Assembly (NCBI GenBank): GCA_964016885.1
Contig: OZ024741.1
Span: 42,036,001-42,100,000, forward strand
Origin: Eledone cirrhosa
Lineage: Eukaryota
Length of the DNA stretch: 64,000 bases
Direction of reading: 5' to 3'
The translations under genes and the position numbers were made by a program. Of this stretch, positions 11,713 to 23,367 are shown piece after piece. Numbering within the stretch: the stretch's first letter is position 1; each line of letters begins with the position of its first letter. The notes beneath the pieces were generated by a model, which searched no databases, was not told the origin of the DNA, and saw only the letters and a list, made by a program, of their open reading frames with translations.

Positions 11713-11716
<4 letters not shown>
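10927..11716 (+). mobile_element. Non-autonomous Helitron
   Basis: 5' TCTATATATATAAAA start, internal duplication of ctgaggatgtctg..gaatccctaaaactcgaga, subterminal hairpin cccgtgcaacgccggg, CTAA (CTRR) end followed by T. Confidence 0.75.
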
Positions 11717-11756
<40 letters not shown>

Positions 11757-12019
11757 TATATATATAAATGAAAGGTATAGAAAGTATTGTAGCAAGAAGC
11801 CAACAGTATTCCATAATATATAAGTGTCTATAGCGTCAAAATGGGAAAAAAAGTTAACGTAAGATGTGTGAAAAATAATTCAAACTCAATTCAAAAAGAA
11901 TCAGGATATAGATTTATCCAACGGAATTTAGTGAAATCCAGGGAAAAATCAATAGAGCCTTAACTCATGATAAAATAAAGTTTAAAATACTCATCCTTCA
12001 ATTTGGAAAAACTACAAAT

Positions 12020-12101
12020 GCTCTGTATAGTCTTGAAAAGACTATTTCACGAAAACTTTCAGTGGGGATGGTCACGGTTGGAATTCGATCGTCAGCAGAG
12101 T
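12020..12101 (-). ncRNA. Type I HHR, repeat unit 1
   Basis: CUCUG-CUGACGA-U[CGAA..UUCG]U-GAAA-UAGUCUU-UUC-AAGACUA-UA^CAGAG. Confidence 0.82.
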
Positions 12102-12397
12102 TCAACACGATAGCCAAATTCTCACTGATTAATATGCCAAAAAGAGAATTTAAAAGCAGGCTAGTTTAACAGTATGCGTGATTATGAAAATAAAAGGCAC
12201 ATGTGGAAAAACAGGGCTGGTGACGTCAGAATGAGACGAATGTTTGTTTACATGAAACAACAGTCAAAAACATTCCGAAAAAAACTCTACAATAAGGAGT
12301 TCAGCAAAAAGCAATATTATCGCAGTTTTTTTTTTTTAATACCGGGATTAGTGACAAATAATTTAAGCACTCTAGGAAAGAAATCCGAGTATAAATA

Positions 12398-13982
12398 CAG
12401 TGCCCCGCAAAAGTTTACAACACATTAGGAAAAATGCGGTTTTAGGTATTTTTAATAAAGTTAGGGTAATGAAAATTTAACTACTGATAGAACATATAAT
12501 GAGGCATTTAATGATAAAATCATATTTTTTAAAAAATAACAAGGAAATAACTCATGAAGAAAAATCAATATTTTTATAACGCAAAAGTTTACAACACATT
12601 TTATATTTATCGCTTTTTTTCAAGAAAATTCTTAAATTTTCAGATTTAAAATTCAGTAGAATGTTCTAGATTAGGTTTAAGGTAACTTCTAAGGACTATT
12701 AAAAACGTTACGTCATTATTTGTCTGACAACCATCCTGTAAACATTGACAATATGGGGGAAAATAAACTGATCTGTAAAAGCATTGTAGACCTTCATACA
12801 AATGGTGTTGGTTATAGAAAGATATCTTGTCAGTTAAATGTGCCATTGAGTTCAGTTGGTACCATAATTCGTCACTGGAAATCTCATCATTCCATCTGTC
12901 CTATAATTAGTTCTGGTCGTCCTAGAAAGATAACGGAACGTGCAGCTCGGTTATTGATGAGAAAGGTTGGCAACGAACCCCGGTGTACTCTTTAAAATCT
13001 TCAGGATGACCTAGAAGAAAGTGGAGTAAAAGTGAGCACAGATACAATTAGTCGTTCACTTCGTCGATATAATATCTTCTCAAGGTCTCCAAGGAAAACA
13101 CCACTTCTTACAAGGAAACACGTTCTTCGTCGATTAAACTTTGCAAATGATCTCATCAAACCTGCGTCATTTTGGGAAGACGTACTTTAGTCGGACGAAA
13201 CAAAAATTGAACTTTTTGGTCGAAATGCTGTGGCAAAAGTTTGGAGAAAGTAAAGTACTGAATATTCGCCGAAGAATACTATTCCAACTGTAAAATTTGG
13301 AGGTGGATCAATCATGGTCTGGGGTTGCTTTAGTGCCACAGGTGTAGGAAATATTGAAATAATAGAAGGAAGAATGGGTGGCGCTTATTATAGAGGTATT
13401 TTGCAAAGGAATTTACATCAAAGTGCACATTCTCTCAGCTTAAAGCAAGGTTGGTTTTTTCAACAAGATAACGATCCAAAGCATACTGCAAAGCGAACAC
13501 AATCTTGGTTAAGTTAAGTACGAATGGAATAAATGTTCTAAAATGGCCAAGTCAGTCTCCAGATCTTAACCCGATCGAAAATTTATGGAGAGAACTGAAA
13601 CTCAGAATTCAAAAAAGGAAACCCCAAAATATCCCTGAACTAAAGAAAATTTTTTGTGAAGAATGAAAAAATATTAGCCAAGAAACATGCAAGAAGTTTG
13701 TAGGAGGCTACTCCAAACGCCTACAGGCTATAATTAGCAACAAAGGTTGCGCTACGAAATATTAAGAGATGATTTAATAAATGTGTTGTAAACTTTTGCG
13801 TTATAAAAATATTGATTTTTCTTAATGAGTTATTTCCTTGTTATTTTTTAAAAAATATGATTGTATCATTAAATGCCTCATTATATGTTCTATCAGTAGT
13901 TAAATTTTCATTACCCTAACTTTATTAAAAATACCTAAAACCACACTTTTCCTAATGTGTTGCAAACTTTTGCGGGGCACTG
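12398..13982 (+). mobile_element. Tc1-family DNA transposon, IR/DR type
   Basis: TA target duplications (12396-97, 13983-84); ~204-bp TIRs starting CAGTGCCCCGCAAAAG, each with two cgcaaaagtttacaacacatt-like direct repeats. Confidence 0.95.
12753..13765 (+). pseudogene. Tc1 DD34E transposase, inactivated
   Basis: GRPRK, (W>stop)[36 protein letters not shown] and terminal TKY*; several stops and frameshifts. Confidence 0.93.
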
Positions 13983-14240
13983 TATATAAATGAAAGGTAT
14001 AGAAAGTATTGTAGCAAGAAGACAACAGTATTCCATAATATATAAGTGACTATAGCGTCTAAATAGGAAAAAAGTTAACGTAAGATGTGGGAAAAATAAT
14101 TCAAACTCGATTCAAAAAGTATCAGGATATAGATTTAACCAACAGAATTTAGTGAAATCCAGGGAAAAATGAATAGAGCCTTAACTCATGATAAAATAAC
14201 GTTTAAAATACTCATCCTTCAATTTGGAACAACTACAAAT

Positions 14241-14322
14241 GCTCTGTATAGTCCTGAAAAGACTATTTCACGAAAACTTTCAGTGGGGATGATCACGGTT
14301 GGAATCCGATCGTCAGCAGAGC
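14241..14322 (-). ncRNA. Type I HHR, repeat unit 2
   Basis: Stem I GCUCUG/CAGAGC; substitutions in stems II and III give G-U pairs; AUA cleavage triplet. Confidence 0.85.
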
Positions 14323-14878
14323 TCAACATGATAGCCAAATTCTCACTGATTAATATGCCAAAAAGGGAATTTAAAAGCAGGCTAGTTTAACATCATGCGT
14401 GATTATGAAAATAAAACGGACATGTGGAAAAACAGGACTGGTGACATCAGAATGAGACGAATGTTTGTTTACATGAAACAACAGTCAAAAACATTCCGAA
14501 AAAACTCTACAATAAGGAGTTCAGCAAAAAGCAATATTATCGCGGTTTTCTATATTTTTTTTAAATACCGGGATTAGTCACAAATAATTTAAGCACTGTA
14601 GGAAAGAAATCCGAGTATAAATATATAAATGAAAGGTATAGAAAGTATTGTAGCAAGAAGCCAACAGTATTCCATAATATTTAAGTGACTATAGCGTCAA
14701 AATGGGAAAAAAGTTAACGTAAGTTGTGGGAAAAATAATTCAAACTCAATTCAAAAGAATCAGGATATAGATTAATCGAACAGAATTGAGTGAAATCCAG
14801 GGAAAAATGAATAGAGCCTTAACTCATGATAAAATAAAGTTTAAAATACTCATCCTTCAATTTGGAACAACTACAAAT

Positions 14879-14960
14879 ACTCTGTATAGTCTTGAAAAGA
14901 CTATTTCACGAAAACTTTCAGTGGGGATGGTCACGGTTGGAATTCGATCGTCAGCAGAGT
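14879..14960 (-). ncRNA. Type I HHR, repeat unit 3
   Basis: Stem I ACUCUG/CAGAGU (compensatory relative to unit 2); intact core; AUA triplet. Confidence 0.85.
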
Positions 14961-15518
14961 TCAACACGATAGCCAAATTCTCACTGATTAATATGTCAAA
15001 AAGGGAATTTAAAAGCAGGCTAGTTTAACATCATGCGTGATTATGAAAATAAAAGGCACATGTGGAAAAACAGGACTGGTGACATCAGAATAAGACTAAT
15101 GTTTGTTTACCAGAAACAACAGTCAAAAATATTCCGAAAAAAACTCTACAATAAGGAGTTCAGCAAAAAGCAATATTATCGCGGTTTTCTATTTTTTTTT
15201 AAATACCGGGATTAGTCACAAATAATTTAAGCACTCTAGGAAAGAAATCCGAGTATAAATATATATATGAAAGGTATAGAAAGTATTGTAGCAAGAAGCC
15301 AACAGTATTCCATAATATATAAGTGACTATAGCGTCCAAACGGGGAAAAAAATTAACGTAAGATTTTGGAAAAATAATTCAAAATCAGTTTAAAAAGAAT
15401 CAGGATATAGATTTATCCAACAGAATTTAGTGAAATCCAGGGAAAAATTAATGGAGCCTTAACTCATGATAAAATAAAGTTTAAAATACTCATCCTTCAA
15501 TTTGGAACAATTACAAAT

Positions 15519-15600
15519 GCTCTGCATAGTCTTGAAAAGACTATTTCACGAAAACTTTCCGTGGGGATGGTCACGGTTGGAATTCGATCGTCAGCAGAGC
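15519..15600 (-). ncRNA. Type I HHR, repeat unit 4 (cleavage triplet AUG, predicted inactive)
   Basis: Same fold as the other units, but position 17 is G. Confidence 0.75.
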
Positions 15601-15736
15601 TCAACACGATAGCCAAATTCTCACTGATTAATATGCCAAAAAGGGAATTTAAAAGCAAGATAGTTTCACATCATGCGTGATTATGAAAATAAAACGCAAT
15701 TTGGAACAACTACAAATGCTCTATATAGTCTTGAAA

Positions 15737-15773
<37 letters not shown>

Positions 15774-15864
15774 CGAAGGAAATGTGGTAAGGAACCAGGT
15801 GGACCATAACGCACCAAAGTACTCAATACTTAGGGTAGTAGAGTGGGTAATAGAAACGAGTAGG

Positions 15865-15960
15865 ACCCCGACGGCTGAGCTCAAGCCGTTTCGACGGCTA
15901 ATTCTGGACTAAATGAAAATTTTTATCCTGGTATTTGAATAGCCGAGCTTCTCAAGGGGT
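15865..15960 (-). ncRNA. Type I HHR with U3:A8 variant core, in a Penelope-like family B terminus (15772-~16185)
   Basis: ACCCC-UUGAGAA-[GCUCGGCUAUUC..GAAUUAGCCGUC]-GAAA-CGGCU-UGAGCUC-AGCCG-UC^GGGGU. Confidence 0.75.
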
Positions 15961-16186
15961 AATTCCATATATGGTAAAAGTGATTGTCACAAGAATTGGT
16001 CAAAAGTTTGTTGTTGAGACATAATAATTCTATAATGGCAATTTGTGGAGGGGGGTATAGCTGAACCTGCCAATATGAGAAAGAGGGAGATGCGGTGGAG
16101 GAGACCCAGTCATGCGTTGATAGTGCCGACTACAGCTGGGCATGAGGTCAAAGAAGATACTAGCGAGGGGGAGGGGGAGGAAGTCG

Positions 16187-17245
16187 AAACAATAAGTAAA
16201 ACAATATGGGGTAAATATATAGAAAAATACCGAGAGTGTTAAAAAGCAATTAAATGTAAAAAAAAATAAAAAAAAATAAATTTCTGGTTACTACGACCTA
16301 AGGACAGCTATCAAGTCTCACTGGTACTGCTAGACTAAAGAAAGGTTTACTAGGTGGGACGGAATTATAATGAGACCCTTTTAAAAGGTATAAATAATAA
16401 ACCGAGTATATCTTACGGTGACGGGTCAACAAGTGAGGGGCCAAAATACTAAAGAAACTACCACGAAATAATAAATAAAGGTTTCTACCCCAGGCACAAG
16501 GCCAGCAACCACCCAGTGCAAAAAAATAAACTAATACGAAATAATAATTCAGAATCCCGAAAAAGAAGACTAATACTATCTCTAAGGGTGCCGCCACGAT
16601 ACAAAAATTCTAGTGCAAACTACATAAATGATCGTACGAAGTATATGTAAAATATGATACGGAAAATTAATTCAGAATAAAAAAAAAAAAAAATACTGAT
16701 ATACGAGAAATTAAAGCAAAGATACCACTAAGAAATATAGAAAGCACGGAAAAAGGGCAGCGATCGGATAAGATGGCAAGTATCCGGGGTCTGACACATC
16801 TGCTATAAAAAGCGGAGTCGGCCAAATCTATCATAGAATAGGGGAAAGGGGTGGGGGTACTGAGGCTACAAAGGACCGAGGGGCTGCCGAGGGTGGGCGA
16901 GAAAATGAAAAGGACGACGACAAAGAAAGAGGACTGTAGTGGAAGGACTAGGGAGGGATGGGGGGGGGGGGAAGAAGGAAATATAGAGGAAGCGATAAAA
17001 AGATATAAAAGAAGATCTTACGTCTACCTTTGCAAGCAGGCGTTACCCATTACAAAATCGGCAAGTGGGGTGTTATAGCCCCAGTGTTTAGCTTAGCAGT
17101 ACCAGTGAGAGACTTGATAGCTGTCCTTAGGTCGTAGTAACCAGACATTTTTTTTTTTTTTTTTTTTTTTTCACATTTAATTGCTTTTTAACACTCGGTA
17201 TTTTTCTATATATTTACCCCATATTGTTTTACTTATTGTTTTACT
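16187..17245. mobile_element. ~1.05-kb non-coding element with ~150-bp terminal inverted repeats and purine-rich interior
   Basis: 16190-16340 is the reverse complement of 17085-17240. Confidence 0.6.
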
Positions 17246-17257
17246 TATATATATTAT

Positions 17258-17462
17258 AAATCAGGATGGATTCAGTTTGAAACTGGTTAGACCAATACCG
17301 AATAGAATACTTGTTGATACTTGGGGTAGTAGAGTATGGTTATATTATAAACAGTTGGAATCCTGATGGCTGAGCTACTGCCATTTCAACAGACAGTTCC
17401 AGACTCTGGAACTGTCTGTTGAAATGGCAAGAGCTCATCTGTCGGGATCTCGACTCTTTGTA
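17258..17462 (-). mobile_element. Penelope-like fold-back fragment related to family B
   Basis: Shares gatacttggggtagtagagt; hairpin centre ~17403; HHR 3' half GAAA-UGGC..GCCA-UC. Confidence 0.6.
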
Positions 17463-17810
17463 ATATATTGATATGTACGCATGTGTGTGTGCCTGTCTGT
17501 ATCTGTGTATGTGTGTGTGTCTCTGTGTATGAGTGTACTTTATATCTTAAGACTATATATTCATAACCTTTTTACAATTTTTGCCTTATTGCCTTCTCTT
17601 CTGTTTTACTTTATAACCGTTCATTTCCTGTCTTATTCAATATTCTCTTATCTTATAAGACTCCAAATAAAATCAATTTGAAAGAATTTCATACAATATG
17701 AAATTATATAACAATATATATTTTCTAAGTCATATTGGAAATTGAATTTGTAAAGTTCTAAAGTTTGTTTCCTTCAGGTAAGATAATTTACTTTTAAATA
17801 GTTTATGATC

Positions 17811-18180
17811 CGAACAACAACAACAACTACGACGGCAATAACAACTACAACTACAACAACTACAATAACTACAACTATGACGACAACAAGACCAACTACA
17901 ACAATAATAACGATGACAACAACAACTACAAAAACCACAACAACGACAGCAACAACAACAACAAAAACTACAATGACAACAACAACAATAACTGCAAGAA
18001 CAACAAAAGCAACACTGATGACAATAACAAAAACTACAAAAACCACCACAACAACAACAAAAGCAACAACAACTTCAACAACAACAACTTCAACAACAAC
18101 AACAAAAGCAATAGCAACAACAACAGCACCAACAGCAACAAAAACAACAACAATAACAACAACAACAACAAAAGCAAAAG
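17811..18180. repeat. Degenerate (ACA)n low-complexity tract
   Basis: Directly visible. Confidence 0.9.
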
Positions 18181-18489
18181 AAAATGTAAAGACAATTGAG
18201 CAGTAAAAGGTTATTTCCCATTAAAATAGATATTGATATCAAAAAGAAAGAAATGGTAGGAAAATTGATAAATAGATTAATAATGAGATAGAAGAAAAAT
18301 ATGGAAGGGAAAAAATAAAAGAGGGAAAGATCTTGTTTATATATATAGCTTGAAAGAATATCTTTGAGAGAAAATATCTACTTCTGTTTGTCATTAGATT
18401 CCTGCAGATTGGCAGGATCGTTAGAGTATAGGACAAAATGTTCCAGCTTTTTATGTATTTTGTAGAAACGAAGCCGTAGAAACCAAACA

Positions 18490-18928
18490 TGGGGTTAGAA
18501 TGTCTCAGGTGTGTAGCTCAGAGATCAAAGGGTCACTCTAGCTAGAGTTACTACTTTTCCAAATTGAGAGATCACAGCTCCAATACTATGGTTATGTGGT
18601 TAGAATGTCTCAGGTGTGTAGCTCAGAGATCAGAGAGTCACTCCAGGTAGAGTCACTACTTTTCTAAATTGAGAGATCACAGCTCCAATACTATGGTTAT
18701 GTGGTTAGAATGTATCAGGTGTGTAGCTCAGAGATCAAAGGGTCACTCCAGGTAGAGTCACTACTTTTCTAAATTGAGAGATCACAGCTCCAATACTATG
18801 GTTATGTGGTTAGAATGTATCAGGTGTGTAGCTCAGAGATCAAAGGGTCACTCCAGGTAGAGCCACTACTTTTCTAAATTGAGAGATCACAGCTCCAATA
18901 CTATGGGTATGTGTTTAGAATGTCTCAG
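18490..18928. repeat. 105-bp tandem repeat, ~4.2 copies
   Basis: tagaatg anchor at 18496, 18601, 18706, 18811 and 18916. Confidence 0.92.
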
Positions 18929-19689
18929 AAAAGAATCGCTGGACAGATTTTATGGTTAAAATCAACCTATAGGAGACCCAGTGGTTGACCCCGAGCAAGA
19001 TGTTTGGATAACATCCATAAACTTGGCTGGTCTCGCTTTAGGGTCCAACCAGATCAGTTGGAGATGGTTGCTTCTGACAGGACCTGCTGGAAGGAGTGTT
19101 TGAGACCTTCTCAGGAAGAAGAAGAAGAAGAGTCTTACTTTGCCTTTCATCCTAGTGTATTTATGAAATTGTTAAAATGTTAACTGAGATACCCTTGCAG
19201 TATTATTGTTCCAGCTCTATGCATTCTGATGTTAAAACCCTCAATGTCCTAACTTGGCAAAAGAGCCAGGAGAGTTGGGTAGCAACTGCTCTTGTTGCTT
19301 CAAAATTGGGATAAAACAGTGGGGAAAATTCAGGCTAAGCAAGACAAAAAAAAAAAATAAATCAGAGAAGTTAAAAACTAAAATTGATGGCAAATTAATT
19401 GCTAACTAATAGTGGTATATAATATCATCATCTTCATCATCGATTAACATCCATCTTCCACGCTAGTTTATGTTAGACGGGTCCCATTTAGAGGCAATTT
19501 GTGTCGGGTGACCGTGTCTCGCTCATATAAGGGTGTTTCTGGTTGGTTTACTATGGCTGGATGCCCTTCCTAATGCCAACCACATTGACAATGTAGGCTG
19601 GGTGCTTTTTGCACTGTTTTTTACATGTCCACTTTACAGTGTGGGCTAATATGTAAATACATATATATGCATAATGAAACGGAATACAG

Positions 19690-20230
19690 TAAATAACTGC
19701 TGAATATGTAGAAGCAGGAAAAAACAATTAACAACAGTATATTTGGCTGCCCAGTCTTAGCCAAAAAGGAATATATCCACAGACGTGATAGAGTTGGGAT
19801 ATACATACACTGGAGTGTTATGTCAACATTACGAAATACCAACAGAAAAAAGATGGTATAGGCACACACCAGAAAGGGTGTCAGAGAATGATAAAGCTGC
19901 CATACCTGGAGATATACCATTATATGGCAGGGAGATCAAAGCTAGCCAACCAGATATTATAATCAAAGACCACAAAGAAATACATCTTCTAACTGATGTA
20001 TCAATACCCACAGATGACAATATATCTACTGAGGAAATGGAGAAATTATCCAAATATAAAGATCTAGAGATAGAAACAACCTGAATGTGGATGATGAAGA
20101 CAAAAACAATACCTATAATAATACCTATAATGCTTTGGGAATGATAAAAAAAAATACAGACAATTACATAACCCAAACCCCAGGACTTACTGGGTACTGC
20201 ACATATTTATGAAGAGGATTTTTGATAAAA
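19690..20230 (+). pseudogene. Decayed C-terminus (CCHC plus restriction-like endonuclease) of an R4/Dong-type LINE
   Basis: GCPVLAKKEYIHRRDRV, QPDIIIKD, DVSIP and EKLSKYKDLEIE motifs across frameshifts. Confidence 0.8.
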
Positions 20231-21804
20231 TAGAAACATCACCAAAAACCACATTGCACATACCCAAGGTGCAAAGAGCTATGCTCGATAATGCTGTAAC
20301 AATGTGCAATAGAGTAAGATCAATAAGTATAGGATTTGATATGATTAACTAAAATTCCTTCAAGATTGGCCATTGTCTAATGTCTGAAACTACTAATTAT
20401 GATTTCTAACTTAAACACAAAGCCAGCAATTCATTTAGAGGGGAAGCTTGATGTAATCAATTCTAGTATTTTAGTGGTACTCTTGGATCCCAAATAATAG
20501 GTGGGGGTTATATGGGGGACTTGGAATAGGGAGGTGGGGATGGGGGTGGACAATTGGTAATTTTTCTAAGTTGTCTCTGTTGACTTTTTATAAAAATCAG
20601 AATTAGTTGTTTAGTTTAAATATTGAGAACCCAACCCATCCTGTTTATTTTATAACATATGGGATTTCTAGTAATGTAATTTGTTGTCATGTATAATGGG
20701 TTTTAATGTATAAAGAAACTTAATAGTTGCAAGAATGCTATCACTTAAAATAAAATTTTGCTGGAGAGAGATTAGCAAAATTTAATAACCGTGTGGGCAA
20801 TGGGGATGGGGAATCTGAAAAATTAATAAGGTGGAGGAGGACAATTATTTGAGACCTGAGAGTACTTTATTCTATCAACCTTGAAAGAATGAAAGGTAAA
20901 CTTGACCTCAGCAGGATTTGAACTCAAAACCTAAAGAGCTGTAACCAATACCAGAAAGCATTTGTCTGACACTCTAACAATCTGCCAACCCACCACCATA
21001 TAATAACAAAATAATAACAGAATAAAGGAATAAAAGAATACAAACATAAAACATAATATGATGAAGGAAGACAGCCATTTCTCCACTTGTTATATTCAAG
21101 CTGTTGACATTTTTTATTGATATATCTATAATATATTTTTGAATTTATTTTCATTTTTTCCTGATATCTGAATTTTTTATGGTCATGAAATAGATTAGTT
21201 CCCATTAAACACCCAGAAAAATGTCCTCTTTTCTCTTATATTTAATATTTTATTTTATATATCTTTTATGTCTAAATATTATTTCATTCTTTTACTTGTT
21301 TCAGTCATTACACTGCTGCCAAGCTGGGGCTTTGCCTTGATTTAGTCAATCATATCGACCCCAGTACTTTTTTATTTTTTAATGTGGTACCTATTTTATT
21401 GATCTCGTTTATGTAAAACTGCAAAATTATAGTTACATATACACAGTCACACATATATACACACATCCATGCATACACAAACACACACATATATAATATA
21501 GGTGTCATGACAAAAAGAACCTAGCACACACTGTAAATGCGGTTGGTGTTAGGAAGCGAATCAAGCCATAGAAACCAAGCCCAAACCAGTTCTGTATGAG
21601 CAAGACATGGTCATCTGACATGGTTTGTCTCATAATCGGGCAACTGGTCTAACTCATACTAGTGTGGAAAAATAGACGTTAAATGGTGGTGATGTTGATG
21701 ATGAAGATATACGTAAATTGCTCCAACCAGTCTACCAACCTTCAACAACTATCTTATAAATATATACACATATATTATATATATACAAATACACTATATA
21801 CATA

Positions 21805-21857
<53 letters not shown>

Positions 21858-21863
<6 letters not shown>

Positions 21864-22380
21864 TGCCCCCTTGTTATTGAGTATGGCCATTGCACGATAT
21901 ACCATTATTAATAATTATCAATTAATTCTATCGTGCAATGCCTGTGCGTGAAGATATTTTTTAAAGTGAGGAAAGACTGTGCATGGAGCCAATCCCACTC
22001 TCTGAGCGACAGTAGCTATAACCCGCAAAGAAGAAAAGATCAACATCATCGGTAACTACTGAGCCACAGGTTTTATATCGGAGTTATCCCAGTTTCCTGA
22101 GTTGGCTTCTCCTAGAAGAAGGCTAGGGGTCCTTCACTCCCAGTGGTTTAACCGCGCAGTACATGTGTATATACATATTTACACACTTTCGGCTGGCCGT
22201 TGACTCTTATGAGTTCTTCCGCCCTTGTCAGGTTTTGTTTTTTGTCCTGCAGGGTGTCCAAAATCACCCTCCTCACCAAGTAAACTTGGTGGGGTTGCCT
22301 GTTTAGTCGCCGATGACCCAACCATACTACAGGTTGTACTGGGTTACATGTTACCAGTAGCACTCAAGAGTGACCCGACA
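21858..22380. mobile_element. Unclassified ~520-bp interspersed non-coding repeat; partial inverted copy at 40875-41340
   Basis: High similarity between the two loci; both are flanked by TA/TG microsatellites. Confidence 0.7.
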
Positions 22381-22392
22381 TAATATATATAT

Positions 22393-22811
22393 ATCATCAT
22401 CATCATCATCATCATCGTTTAACGTCCATCTTCCATGCTAGCATGGGTTAGACGAATATATATAAGGGAGAGAGAGAAAGAGAAAAAGAAAAGGAAGGAA
22501 AGAAGGAAGAAAAAAAGAAGGAAAGAGAGAAGGGAAAAAGAAAAAGGAAGAAAAAAAACAAAAACAAAAAAAACACAGTCCACGCTGTAATATGGTCATG
22601 TAGGTAACACGGTAAAAGCTCCCAGTCCACACTGTAAATGTGGTTGGTGTTAGGAATGGCATCCAACCGTAGAAAACCTGCCAGATAGTCCTATACGAGT
22701 GAGACACGGTCACCCGACCAATCTTACCTCAAATGGGACAATTCCCGTCTAACCCATGCTAGCATGGAAGATAGACGTTAAACGATGATAAGAATGATGA
22801 TGATGATGATG

Positions 22812-22817
<6 letters not shown>
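22393..22817. mobile_element. RTE 3' UTR/tail fragments in opposite orientation; similar tails at 19430-19640, 21500-21700, 32475-32650 and 41975-42215
   Basis: gttggtgttaggaagggcatcca..aacccatgctagcatggaagatagacgttaaacgatgat, as in the 3' UTR at 27115-27470. Confidence 0.75.
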
Positions 22818-22865
<48 letters not shown>

Positions 22866-23367
22866 AAAATGTTTGACCCCGATGGCAGAGCTCAAGCCGT
22901 TTCGATGTCTATTTCTGTAAATAAGCAAGTTGAACTGTCAAATATATAAATCTAAAAGAAGATATACCTAGAAGAAGCTGAAAGTAATTATTGAATGTCC
23001 TATATGTAAATAATACACTCAGAAAAAAAAAAGCCAACAATAAACAAAACAACTAGTGGATATATATAAGGCAGTCGTTAGAGCTTTTGATATTTGGTCT
23101 GGGTTTCTGCTTTCAGAGCTTAAATAATGCTAAAGCTAATTTTGCCTTTTGTCCTCTCCTCTCTGGGTTGATGAAGAAAGTACCATCTCAGTGTTAGGGA
23201 AGCCCTCCTTCCATTCAGCTATCATATCCTTGATGTCCAGTTGCATCAAGGGAAGGAAGTTCAAAAAGGCATTCATGTCTTCTCACGATTGTAGTTATAT
23301 GTATATAAGTGTGTGTGTGTATATATATGTGTGTGTGTATGTATATAAATGTGTGTATATATATACA

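Larger units (their letters stand above)
11762..15742 (-). repeat. ~638-bp tandem repeat (3 full units, 1 partial unit, 1 short fragment), each unit with a type I HHR; retrozyme-like
   Basis: Unit anchor gaaaggtatag at 11770, 13992, 14631 and 15269; a Tc1 element sits between units 1 and 2; (TA)n on both flanks. Confidence 0.85.

Noticed and set aside
12174-15215. Recurrent short ORFs (MRDYENK.., MNRALTHDK..) in the 638-bp repeat
   Set aside because: Ends and frames differ between units and no motif is recognisable; they recur only because the DNA repeats.
17805-18206. Thr-rich and other homopolymeric ORFs (also YIYI-type ORFs throughout)
   Set aside because: Microsatellite translation artefacts.
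22290-22380. Possible HDV-like ribozyme at the end of the 21858-22380 repeat
   Set aside because: Some pairings are visible, but I could not build the P2/P3 double pseudoknot.
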